DNA from: an uncultured Planctomycetota bacterium
Lineage (GTDB): Bacteria > Planctomycetota > SKW154 > DAOVDS01
DNA length: 64,000 nucleotides
NCBI GenBank assembly: GCA_964641955.1
Contig: CAZXNM010000006.1
Coordinates: 74,556 to 138,555, forward strand
Reading direction: 5' to 3'
Part shown: in pieces, positions 1-8,642 of the stretch
Layout of the letters: each line of letters begins with the position of its first letter
Position numbering within the stretch: position 1 is the first letter of the stretch
Notes under the pieces: model-generated
Database searches by the model: none
Told to the model about the DNA's origin: nothing
Seen by the model: the letters and a program-made list of their open reading frames with translations, nothing else
Program-made: the position numbers and the translations under genes

Positions 1-1761
1 CTGGAGGAGGCTGTCAAGCGCGTACAGGGAATAAGCAGAGACAGCAATCTGGCCGGCGAGAAGTATCTGAAGGAGCACCCGGAAAAAGCCACTGATGCGC
101 TCCTGTCGGCAATAAGACCGCTCTCGAAGATGCTCCTTGCCGGCGAGGAAGTATGGTGGGGAAACTGCCGTCACAAGCAGCTTGTGCTTGCGCTCCCGGT
201 GGAAACGGACCAAAGCGCACGGAAATTCGCAAGAGAAGAGCTGGATAGATTGCTGAAACTGAAACGCCCTGAATTCAACTGGAAGTATGTCCCGCGAGAA
301 GCGCCCTTTGTAAGCCAGTATGTCGAGAATCTTCTCGCTCTCGGCAAGAGGAAAGAGCCTTTATTCGCTCATCTAAGAGAGAAGCTAATCGAGACATGCA
401 GCAAAGAGAAAGGCCCGGTGGTGCACGACGCTCTCTACGCTCTGTTGAAGAACAAGGCGCTGACTGACAAGGAACTCGCAGAGACTACCGGGAAAATGGA
501 TGCCGATGCAAAGAATTTCGCCTCGCTTGCCATGTATCATATCGGATGGGATGCAGAGTGGCGACGTGACGGGAAGAATGCGCTGGAAAACTGGCGCAGT
601 GCGCTTCGGCTTTCTTCAAGAAAGAGCTTCAGGAGGCAACTGAAGGAAAGGCTCTGGCGACACTGGACAACGGGAACAGACAAGAAAGGGAAGTACTCAA
701 ACATACTGGATGCCGCGCTTGACAAGAACATCGCGGCAGTAAAGAAATTTGTCAAAGCCGACCCGAATTCCGTCAAAGAGACCGACGAATCCGGGCGGAC
801 GGCACTTCACATTGCATCTCATCTCGCTTCTAAGGAGATGGTAGAGCTCCTCTTGGAGAAGGGAGCGGACCCCAACAAGAAAGATATCTCGGGCAGGACG
901 CCGGTAGACTTCGCCATCGTTGGGAGTAACCCGGTGATAGAGAAGGCACTGAAGAGCCACGGCGGAAAAGACTCGCTGGTGCTTATCGGCGCAGCCAAGG
1001 CCAATGATGTCATAACTGCAAGGTCCGCCATCGAACAGGGAACGAACATACATGGTTACGACCCCAGCGGTATGACAGCCCTCCACTGGGCCGCGAAGGA
1101 AGGGAATGTCGATGTCGCGCGCCTGCTTATCGAGAAGGGGGCTTCCCTGAAGGCCAGTAGCTGGTACGGAAGTAAGGCGCCCATATCACTGGCCATTGAG
1201 AAGGAGCAAAAGGACATCATTCTGCTTCTGCTCGAAAAAGGACAGGACCTGAAGTGCGCTGTAAGAGATGCCTGGACCGCCCTGCACGTGGCTGTCATTG
1301 AGAACCAGGTCATAATTGCCGGGCTTCTGATTGAGAAGGGCGCAGACACTGAGGTGCGAAACCACTACAACGGAGGAACGCCACTTCACCTCGCGGCGTC
1401 GAGCGGGAAGAACGACTTCGTGCTCTTCCTCATCCAGAAGGGTGCGAACGTGAATGGCAGGCCTGACAGCGGCGCGACGCCTCTGCACAGCGTTGCCGTC
1501 GAAGGATACGTTGACACAGCCGAACTGCTTCTGAAGAAGGGCGCGGATATCGAGGCCCGGGACAAGCTGGGCAGGACAGCTCTCTACTTTGCCGCTGCAA
1601 AGGGTCAAACTGAACTCGTCAAGTTCCTCCACAAGAAGGGAGCCGACATCAACGCGAAGAGCAAGGCGGGGTTCACGCCGCTCGGCGCGGCGAGGCTCGG
1701 CTGCGCGGCCGAAACGGTCGAGTTCCTCGTCTCGAAAAAAGCCGGGTCCGGGTCCGAGTAA
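1..1761 (+). CDS. Ankyrin-repeat protein, 5'-truncated (the reading frame is open from base 1; the gene starts upstream of the window). N-terminal ~200 aa non-repeat region followed by >=10 ANK repeats.
   Basis: Frame 1 is open from position 1 through the stop at 1761. Repeated ANK consensus appears many times ('GRTALHIASHLASKEMVELLLEKGADPN', 'GMTALHWAAKEGNVDVARLLIEKGASL', 'GGTPLHLAASSGKNDFVLFLIQKGANVN', 'GATPLHSVAVEGYVDTAELLLKKGADI'). Confidence 0.8.
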   Translation: MEEAVKRVQGISRDSNLAGEKYLKEHPEKATDALLSAIRPLSKMLLAGEEVWWGNCRHKQLVLALPVETDQSARKFAREELDRLLKLKRPEFNWKYVPREAPFVSQYVENLLALGKRKEPLFAHLREKLIETCSKEKGPVVHDALYALLKNKALTDKELAETTGKMDADAKNFASLAMYHIGWDAEWRRDGKNALENWRSALRLSSRKSFRRQLKERLWRHWTTGTDKKGKYSNILDAALDKNIAAVKKFVKADPNSVKETDESGRTALHIASHLASKEMVELLLEKGADPNKKDISGRTPVDFAIVGSNPVIEKALKSHGGKDSLVLIGAAKANDVITARSAIEQGTNIHGYDPSGMTALHWAAKEGNVDVARLLIEKGASLKASSWYGSKAPISLAIEKEQKDIILLLLEKGQDLKCAVRDAWTALHVAVIENQVIIAGLLIEKGADTEVRNHYNGGTPLHLAASSGKNDFVLFLIQKGANVNGRPDSGATPLHSVAVEGYVDTAELLLKKGADIEARDKLGRTALYFAAAKGQTELVKFLHKKGADINAKSKAGFTPLGAARLGCAAETVEFLVSKKAGSGSE

Positions 1762-1784
1762 CACATCCGGCAGTATCCAAGCCG

Positions 1785-2900
1785 TTAAATTAGGGTGAGG
1801 GCTTTTTCCAGCTGCGCGACGGCGGCGCGCTCGTTGTCGAGCATCTCCATCACCGTGTCGGCGCCCAAGAGGCAGTTCTGCCTGTCCGAAAGCCAGCTTT
1901 CCGAGTCATCGAGAGACCCGGCGATTTCCGCCTCCCGGCGGTATGACTGCGCGGCGTCAAGCAGGTGCTCCCGCGCCTGAGGGAATAAACCTGCGGCCTT
2001 CTCGCTGAACTCCGCTGCGGCGCCGCGGCCCCGGACAATCTGGTCAATTTGAATGCCCATGTTGCGCATGTCGAAGAAATCGCCTTCCCTCTTCTTCGCC
2101 TTTTCGAGGTCGGCGGAATAATCCAGCTTTCGGAGGTTCTCTGCCCACTTCTCGTATGCTTGCGCTCCGAAACTGTACGTCACCCCGCCGTACCAGTCAG
2201 TGCCGAACTCATCCGCTGAGTGCAGGCTGACGGCACGCCCGAGGGTTTGAACAGCTCTCTCTTCTTCAGTCACCTCGGCAGTCTTTTCCCCGAGGAAAAA
2301 CACAGTGTTATTGAGCCAGCCGCCGTAGAACATGGGGCGCACCGCTCCGCGCACCTGCATGTCCCAGAATCCCCATTCCCTCAGCTTGGGCCCGAAAATA
2401 TCCGTCCAGTCGTAAGGCTCGTCGCCGCCGATGTAGCATATCTGCATGTTTTCCCTGTCGCAGCCCACAACAGCCCGCCACGAGCCGCACTCGCCGTAAG
2501 CGCCGCCCAGGATAACCGGATGCCCTGCGTCAATCCGGCTGAATATCTCCTCCAGGAACTCGTTCAGCAGCTTCGCTCTTTCGTCTTCCGGGAGCTTTCT
2601 CATCTCCGAATGCCATCGCGGGGGAAGCCACCCGCATTCAAAGCCGTAAGCCTTTGCCGTATCTGACAGCGGGTCGGTGGGAATCGACATCCCGGTGCGC
2701 AGTTCCCAGTCGGTGCCGTGGCACAGGTTGAACGCCTCGCCGGAGACTGCAAGAAGCTCGTTAAAATCCGCCTCAACACCCCTGTGTTCGAGGAGGATAT
2801 GCTCGGCCCGCAGCCACATGTCCCAGAGCAGCCCGACCTTCCTGTCCGGCACGCCCTCTATCCATGTTCTGCCGCCTTCGCGCTTTATTATTCCTGTCAT
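1785..2900 (-). CDS. Hypothetical cytoplasmic protein (371 aa), convergent with the ankyrin gene.
   Basis: Long ORF with ATG at 2900 preceded by a GGGAGGAG RBS (reverse strand). No motif I can assign. It contains a Cys/Trp-rich central segment 'GGAYGECGSWRAVVGCD'. Confidence 0.5.
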   Translation of the reverse strand: MTGIIKREGGRTWIEGVPDRKVGLLWDMWLRAEHILLEHRGVEADFNELLAVSGEAFNLCHGTDWELRTGMSIPTDPLSDTAKAYGFECGWLPPRWHSEMRKLPEDERAKLLNEFLEEIFSRIDAGHPVILGGAYGECGSWRAVVGCDRENMQICYIGGDEPYDWTDIFGPKLREWGFWDMQVRGAVRPMFYGGWLNNTVFFLGEKTAEVTEEERAVQTLGRAVSLHSADEFGTDWYGGVTYSFGAQAYEKWAENLRKLDYSADLEKAKKREGDFFDMRNMGIQIDQIVRGRGAAAEFSEKAAGLFPQAREHLLDAAQSYRREAEIAGSLDDSESWLSDRQNCLLGADTVMEMLDNERAAVAQLEKALTLI

Positions 2901-3068
2901 ACGGCTCCTCCCGTGTTACAGCCGGACATTACCACATTAATAAACTCCCTGCAAGCGGCAAATTCCCTGTCGTTATGTATCTGCTGTGCAGGGTTGATTC
3001 CGGCGCGCAATGCGGTAGTATCGGGTTATGATTGTCATGTATCACGCTGAACAGGAGAGATTTCACCG

Positions 3069-3983
3069 ATGAAGTACGCGAAAGACGTAACTGACCTGAT
3101 AGGATGCACGCCGCTGCTGCGCCTTGAAAGGCTGTGCCCGCAGCACACCGTGCTCGCGAAATGCGAGCTTTTCAACCCGATAAGCATAAAAGACCGTCCG
3201 ATTATCCAGATTATCAGGGATGCCGAGGAGGAAGGCAGGCTGAAGCCGGGCGATACGCTGATAGAGTCCACAAGCGGCAACACAGGCATGGCAGTCGCCT
3301 GGATCGCCTCCATCAGGGGCTACCGGGCCATTCTCGTCATGTCGGAGATTCAAAGCCTTGAGCGGCGCAGGATAATGCGCGCGTTCGGCGCGGAGCTGAT
3401 TCTGACCCCCGCTTCGGAAGGCACGGCAGGCGCACGCAGGCGAATGAAGGAAATCCTCACAGAACACCCGGAGTATTTCTACGTAGGCCAGCACGTTAAC
3501 CAGTCCAACCCGAAAGCTCACTACATGACCACCGGGCCGGAAATCTGGGACGACACGGACGGGAACGTGGACATCCTCGTCGCCGGGCTGGGCACAGGCG
3601 GCACGCTCTGTGGCGCAGGGCGCTACCTGAAAGAGCAAAAGCCGCAGGTGCAGCTCATCGCCGTCGAGCCGGCGAATTCACCCTACATCTCGAAGGGCAT
3701 ATTCAACCCGCATCGCATGATGGGTACTGCGCCCGGGTTCGTCCCCGAGACAATCGACCGCGAGTATATCGACGACTTCTTCCTTGTTTCGGAAGAAGAG
3801 GCTTTCGCGATGTGCCGGCGTATTGCGAGCGAGGAGGGGCTGATGGTGGGGATAACCTCCGGCGCGACTGCTCACGCAGCGCTGGAACTGGCTGCTCGCC
3901 CCGGAAATGCCGGCAAGACGATTATCTGCGTCTTCGCCGATACGGGCCAGCGCTACCTCAGCGTCGAAGGCCTGTTTCAGTAA
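3069..3983 (+). CDS. cysK: Cysteine synthase / O-acetylserine sulfhydrylase (PLP-dependent, CysK/CysM family)
   Basis: AGGAGAG RBS before the ATG. Motifs 'KCELFNPISIKDRP' (PLP-lysine region) and 'TSGNTGMAVAWIA' are typical of fold-type II PLP cysteine synthases. Length 304 aa. It could equally be CysM. Confidence 0.75.
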   Translation: MKYAKDVTDLIGCTPLLRLERLCPQHTVLAKCELFNPISIKDRPIIQIIRDAEEEGRLKPGDTLIESTSGNTGMAVAWIASIRGYRAILVMSEIQSLERRRIMRAFGAELILTPASEGTAGARRRMKEILTEHPEYFYVGQHVNQSNPKAHYMTTGPEIWDDTDGNVDILVAGLGTGGTLCGAGRYLKEQKPQVQLIAVEPANSPYISKGIFNPHRMMGTAPGFVPETIDREYIDDFFLVSEEEAFAMCRRIASEEGLMVGITSGATAHAALELAARPGNAGKTIICVFADTGQRYLSVEGLFQ

Positions 3984-4004
3984 ATATGGGCCTCAAGAAC
4001 CTGG

Positions 4005-4664
4005 TTAGGTTTCCCAGCCGGAGGCTGTGTCCCAGAGCTCGATGACAACCCCGAACACGCAGACAAATCTCCTTGTATGGCCGCTGCCATACAGCGGCTC
4101 GAGAACCCAGCCCCATTCCACCGACACCACAAACGGCATCGTGCTGCGCGCGGGCCCAAGGTCAGCCCAGGGAAAGGGGCGGCCTTCATAACGGTTACCC
4201 TGGGCCAGCGCCTCGGGGTCATCTTCACGATAGATTACGTACTGCGCACCGACCGAATCGAAGATCTCAAGTAGCTCCGGCGTCGCATAATCCTCGAGTA
4301 TGTAGAAGGGCTGGCCTCTCATGACATCCTCGGCGAGCCATCGAGCCACGCGCCTCTCGCACTCGCGCATGCCGTAGGGATTGGAGAGAAAACCCGCGAT
4401 GACAAACAGCGCCTCTGCAAGTAGCACAATGAGAATGAGCCGCAGCTTCCGGCGCTTTTTCCACCAGGCAATCGCGAGAACGGCGATGGCAGTGCCGCAC
4501 GCAAAAGAGACTGCCCAGCCGAATCCCCAGACTTCGATGTTAGGAAGAAAAGCCAATGTCGCAAGTGCCAGAATGGCAATCAGGATAATTCTGCCAATGG
4601 TTGACGGGCGTCTCGTCTTTGAGACAGTCGCGCTTGTTTCGGCTGTGTTGTCAGGTGCAGTCAT
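4005..4664 (-). CDS. Hypothetical membrane protein (3 predicted TM helices, C-terminal soluble domain)
   Basis: ORF with ATG at 4664. Hydrophobic stretches 'IILIAILALATLAFL', 'WAVSFACGTAIAVLAIAWW', 'LILIVLLAEALFVIAGFL'. Confidence 0.5.
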   Translation of the reverse strand: MTAPDNTAETSATVSKTRRPSTIGRIILIAILALATLAFLPNIEVWGFGWAVSFACGTAIAVLAIAWWKKRRKLRLILIVLLAEALFVIAGFLSNPYGMRECERRVARWLAEDVMRGQPFYILEDYATPELLEIFDSVGAQYVIYREDDPEALAQGNRYEGRPFPWADLGPARSTMPFVVSVEWGWVLEPLYGSGHTRRFVCVFGVVIELWDTASGWET

Positions 4665-4794
4665 GGGTCACTTCCACGGGAAGCCGGACCGGGACAGGCA
4701 AAAGTGGTCGAATTGGCATATCCACATGCTTCCTCGCTCGTGCTTCACCGCTTCCCGGAGTACTTCCGCCTTGCCCACCGCTTCTCCGGGGAAC

Positions 4795-5985
4795 CTACTT
4801 CTTCTTCGCGTAGTCGGCGATAGTCTTCTTGATTGTGTCGAGAAGCTTGGTGTCAGTCTTGCTGCCGTAGGAGAGTCTCACCCAGATGTACATTTCTTTC
4901 TTCCATTCGAGAGTGTAACCGACAAGGAGAGTCTGCCAGTGTTCCTCCTTAAGGGTTTGACCTGACACAGCCTGGCCCTCCTTCGGGTTGCCTTTCAGGG
5001 CACTCAGCTTCAAAATGAAGCCGGTTTCCTCCGGGCCGAGTTCTTCATGAGTTTTCGCCGCTTCCTTATCTATCTTGGCCTTCGAGTGCCCGTGCGTCAG
5101 GAACTTCTTCGTCTTGTGCTGGACAACAAGCATGCCCTTCTCTACAGCGAACTCGGCCTTCGGGCATGCGTTTTTAAGCGCTTCCTTGAGCCGCTTTTCG
5201 AGGTCCTGGAGTATCTGGTGCTCCGCTGTTTTTTCGATGGGAACTTCTATCAACCTGCCTGACGATGAGGATGGTTCTGGTATATACTTGCCCTTGGAGT
5301 CGAATTTTACAGTCATCCCCACTCGCCCGCTCTCATCGAGGGAGACCAGCTTGATGACGAAATTACCTTTCCCGTCCGGCTTATCCCTGACAAGCTTGTC
5401 GTCCTTTTTCATGTTCATGAATTCGGGAAACTTGATATCGTCGGGGAACTCGATTTTGAGAATGTCGGTCAGCTCACCGGGCTTGTCGAGAATTCTGGGC
5501 CCGAGGACTCTCAGGTGCCGGGGCACGAGGAGAGTGCCTTTCGGCATGTCCAGACCCTTCTTTTCCATCTTCAGGGGAGGATTGGCCGGGTTTCCGCGTC
5601 TGTCGTACAGGCCCTGAACCAGCAGGTCGGCCTTGCCATCCTTTACCGTCATGGTGCCTTTCATCATTGTCTTCTCGCCCATCGAGGTCTCGCCTTCGAA
5701 GTGATACGGAGCGAGAGCAGGCTTCGTCTTGTACTTGACCTTGGTCTTGAAGCCGACCTTACCACGGGCCGGGTGGCCGCTCTGCATCGCCATTTCTTCC
5801 GTAATGGTGATTTCGCCGCCCTTCTCGACGGCTCTGACGCTGTAGGTACCCATCTCCTTCTTCTCATTGGGTTCGAGCAGCTTGTATTTCTGGTCGAAGA
5901 GGATTTTCTCCTCCTCGTCCGCAATCGCCACCGATGCGCTCAGCAGGAGCGCGAACACCGCGCACAGCAGAATCAGATTCCTCAT
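4795..5985 (-). CDS. Hypothetical secreted protein (signal peptide 'MRNLILLCAVFALLLSASVAIA'). The ORF-track N-terminal extension to 6273 is probably not translated.
   Basis: An internal Met at residue 97 of the tracked ORF starts a classic signal peptide. No catalytic motif recognised. Confidence 0.5.
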   Translation of the reverse strand: MRNLILLCAVFALLLSASVAIADEEEKILFDQKYKLLEPNEKKEMGTYSVRAVEKGGEITITEEMAMQSGHPARGKVGFKTKVKYKTKPALAPYHFEGETSMGEKTMMKGTMTVKDGKADLLVQGLYDRRGNPANPPLKMEKKGLDMPKGTLLVPRHLRVLGPRILDKPGELTDILKIEFPDDIKFPEFMNMKKDDKLVRDKPDGKGNFVIKLVSLDESGRVGMTVKFDSKGKYIPEPSSSSGRLIEVPIEKTAEHQILQDLEKRLKEALKNACPKAEFAVEKGMLVVQHKTKKFLTHGHSKAKIDKEAAKTHEELGPEETGFILKLSALKGNPKEGQAVSGQTLKEEHWQTLLVGYTLEWKKEMYIWVRLSYGSKTDTKLLDTIKKTIADYAKKK

Positions 5986-6101
5986 GTCTCTACTCCTTAC
6001 TGAAACACGCAAGAGGTCACACATCTTAGCCGTGGAGAGCATGCACATCCAGCATTTCCGGCAAGAAAAAACCGCCGCGCCGCGACCATGATAAAGCAGG
6101 A

Positions 6102-8555
6102 TTACGGCGATACATTCACCGTGACATCGCGGGTCGTGAACTTGGTGCAGTCGATGACGGTCAGCGTGAACTCGTACGTTCCCGCGACTGTCAGGCCGCT
6201 CACGGTCGTGTCTGCCGAGCCGGGACTTGAGAAGACCGGTTCCGCGCCTGCGGGAGCGCTTTTCACAGACCACCAGTGGGTTATGGTATCTGCGTCAGGG
6301 TCGCTCGTCGCGGATGACAGTGACGTGGTGCTGGCCGGCAGCGTCAGAGCCGCCGGGGTCGCGGTTGCACTGGAAATCACGGGCGCGCTGTTCACCGGGT
6401 AGACGGGCACGGTCAGGTTCGCCGATACCGTGTTTATGCCGTCGCTTGCTTCGAACTTGAACACGTAGTCTCCCGCCACGGTCATGTTGGACGCGGTGCA
6501 GTTCGTGGTCGTGTCGTTGGTGAGCACCACGGAGGCCCCGCCCGGCTGGCTGATAACACTCCACTTGTAGTCAGGTATAACGCCTTCCAGATCCCATCCG
6601 TAACCCCGCAACTGGGTATTGTCGGTAGGCAGCGTAACAACCACTGGATTGCGGTTGTGGACATCGTCGGGTATGGGCGGCTGGTTGCCCGAAAATACCG
6701 AGATTCTCACATCGCGCGTCGCGGATTTGACGCCATCGCCGGCAGTCACGGTAAACACGTAGTCGCCCTCGACGGTCAGTGCGCTGGCCTGCGTGCTTGC
6801 GGCGCCCGGGGTGGCGAGCACCGCGTTCGCCCCGCTGGGCTGGCTCTTCACCGACCACTGGTAGGAAACCGCGTCGAGCTCCGGGTCGGTGGCGGCAGCG
6901 GTGAGGTTCGCACTGCTTGCAGGCATGGTGAGATATTCCACGTTGGCCCGCCACTCGGTGAATGTCGGGGGCTGATTTGTTCCCGAATACGGATACACTG
7001 TCAGCACGGTGTTGGCCGGAACACTGATAGCAAGGGTACCCGCGGTGCCGACCGTTTCCAGGCCGCGCTCCTGATACGCCGCCCCGCCGACCGACCGGCA
7101 CGTCCCGTAGGTCCCGGCGGGCAGGCCGCTGACTTCAACCGTCCTTGCGCCCGCGCCGTTAATCAGCACCACGGTTGTCTTACCATCTTTCGCGAACGCG
7201 AGCGTGCGCAGGCTGGCGTTGTCGGAGATGGCCTCGATGCGCACTGCGCCGGGCCGCACGTAGTGCAACACCTGCCGGAAGTTCCAGTACTGGCTCTTGC
7301 GCCCGAGCCTGTTGTAGTTCCACTCGAACTGGCTGCCAATGCCGTAAATCTCCCAGTAGGACACGCCACCGAGCGTGAAATCATCGTAGAGGTGGTCCAT
7401 GGTAAGGCCCATGTACTCGGTCTGCCCCGTCGGCAGGCTGCGGGCGAGCGCGAAATCCCTTATGCTGGACATCTCGGTGTTGCCGCCATAGAGGTGATAG
7501 CTCAGCATGCCTATGTAGGGCCATATCTTGTCGTTGCTCTGAAGGGCCTGGATGTAATTCCAGCTCGTGTTGGCGTTCACGCACTCGGGAAACTGTATCT
7601 TCGTCTTGAACCCGAGCGCTGCGAGCTTCGGTCCGAGCGTCTCTATCATCCTGCCGACCACGGCGGAGGTGAACGGGTTGTTGTTGCCGGCCTCGTTGAG
7701 GATGCAGTACCAGTCTGCATCTATGCCGTGGATGTTCTTGAGGCGCGTGAGAAGGGCGAGAGCGTGCTCGGCGTACTCCCCGGGGCTGTGCAGCAGCCAC
7801 GCCGGCGCCTCGCCGGTGCTGCCACCGTTGAAATACGAGGGACTCACGTAGATGTCAAACTGCTCGCCTCTGGCCTCGACGAGCTGTTTGAACGGCGTTA
7901 CCGCGTCCGCGACATGGTTGTCGAAGCTCGCCGTATTAAACGCGGTCCAGTTGATGTTCTCCGGGTTGCCATCGTCGTTGTACCATTCCCATCTCCTGTC
8001 GTCAGCCCGGTTTCCTCCCGGGATTTCAAGGCGCAGGCGGGTAAGCCCCAGGTCGTTCACCGCCTCGTAGAAGACTTCGTCCTTGAGGGCCGCGGTGACC
8101 CACGGGGGCCGCCACGAGGAGGCACCCCAGCCGAGGATTATCTGGTACTGCGTGGATGCATTGACCATGACAGTGGCGTCGATTGCCGATAGAGCTTCCA
8201 CGTAGCCGGTTTTCATCTCGGATTCCGTGCCGGAGCGCCTGGTAACGGTCAGCTTCACGGTGTAGGTGCCGGGATTGGTATAAATGTGAGAAGCATTCTG
8301 CGACGTCGAGTCAACGCTGCCATCGTTGTCGATATCCCACTCCCAGGCGGTGATATTACCCGTTGACTTATCAGTAAACTGAACCGCAAGCGGTGCGACG
8401 CCGGTCGTGCGGTCCGCCTCGAAGTCAACCACCGGTGCCGGCGGCGGTAGCACCGACCGGTCTTTCCTGCGGCAGGATTCGCAGGAAAGCGAGGCCAGCA
8501 GCAGGAACAGAACAGACATTGCGGCGAGCCAATGCACGGGTCTGTGATTTCGCAT
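6102..8555 (-). CDS. Secreted multi-domain glycoside hydrolase-like protein: signal peptide, N-terminal PKD domain, central TIM-barrel-like region, three C-terminal Ig/PKD-like repeats
   Basis: Start chosen at 'MRNHRPVHWLAAMSVLFLLLASLSC' (signal peptide; GGGAGG RBS 5 nt upstream on the reverse strand). The PKD-like stretch is 'TTGVAPLAVQFTDKSTGNITAWEWDIDNDGSVDSTSQNASHIYTNPGTYTVKLTV'. 'CILNEAGNN' resembles the NE(P) acid/base motif of clan GH-A hydrolases (GH5/GH30-like). Three ~95-aa repeats each contain 'W/YxWSV(K/I)SxPxGA...GDYVF'. Confidence 0.6.
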   Translation of the reverse strand: MRNHRPVHWLAAMSVLFLLLASLSCESCRRKDRSVLPPPAPVVDFEADRTTGVAPLAVQFTDKSTGNITAWEWDIDNDGSVDSTSQNASHIYTNPGTYTVKLTVTRRSGTESEMKTGYVEALSAIDATVMVNASTQYQIILGWGASSWRPPWVTAALKDEVFYEAVNDLGLTRLRLEIPGGNRADDRRWEWYNDDGNPENINWTAFNTASFDNHVADAVTPFKQLVEARGEQFDIYVSPSYFNGGSTGEAPAWLLHSPGEYAEHALALLTRLKNIHGIDADWYCILNEAGNNNPFTSAVVGRMIETLGPKLAALGFKTKIQFPECVNANTSWNYIQALQSNDKIWPYIGMLSYHLYGGNTEMSSIRDFALARSLPTGQTEYMGLTMDHLYDDFTLGGVSYWEIYGIGSQFEWNYNRLGRKSQYWNFRQVLHYVRPGAVRIEAISDNASLRTLAFAKDGKTTVVLINGAGARTVEVSGLPAGTYGTCRSVGGAAYQERGLETVGTAGTLAISVPANTVLTVYPYSGTNQPPTFTEWRANVEYLTMPASSANLTAAATDPELDAVSYQWSVKSQPSGANAVLATPGAASTQASALTVEGDYVFTVTAGDGVKSATRDVRISVFSGNQPPIPDDVHNRNPVVVTLPTDNTQLRGYGWDLEGVIPDYKWSVISQPGGASVVLTNDTTTNCTASNMTVAGDYVFKFEASDGINTVSANLTVPVYPVNSAPVISSATATPAALTLPASTTSLSSATSDPDADTITHWWSVKSAPAGAEPVFSSPGSADTTVSGLTVAGTYEFTLTVIDCTKFTTRDVTVNVSP

Positions 8556-8642
8556 CCCGACCTCCCGTGGAAATCGCAGCACCGGAAAAGGTGAAACCGC
8601 CGCATCGGGTCGTGATGCGGCGGTTGGGGTTTCAAGCGTCAA

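Noticed and set aside
4795-6273. N-terminal 96-aa extension of ORF 4795..6273 and similar upstream extensions of ORFs at 10054, 15619, 16757..17593, 18269, 35791, 48780
   Set aside because: Internal Met codons give classic signal peptides or RBS-supported starts. The extensions are Arg-rich read-through of intergenic or neighbouring-gene sequence.
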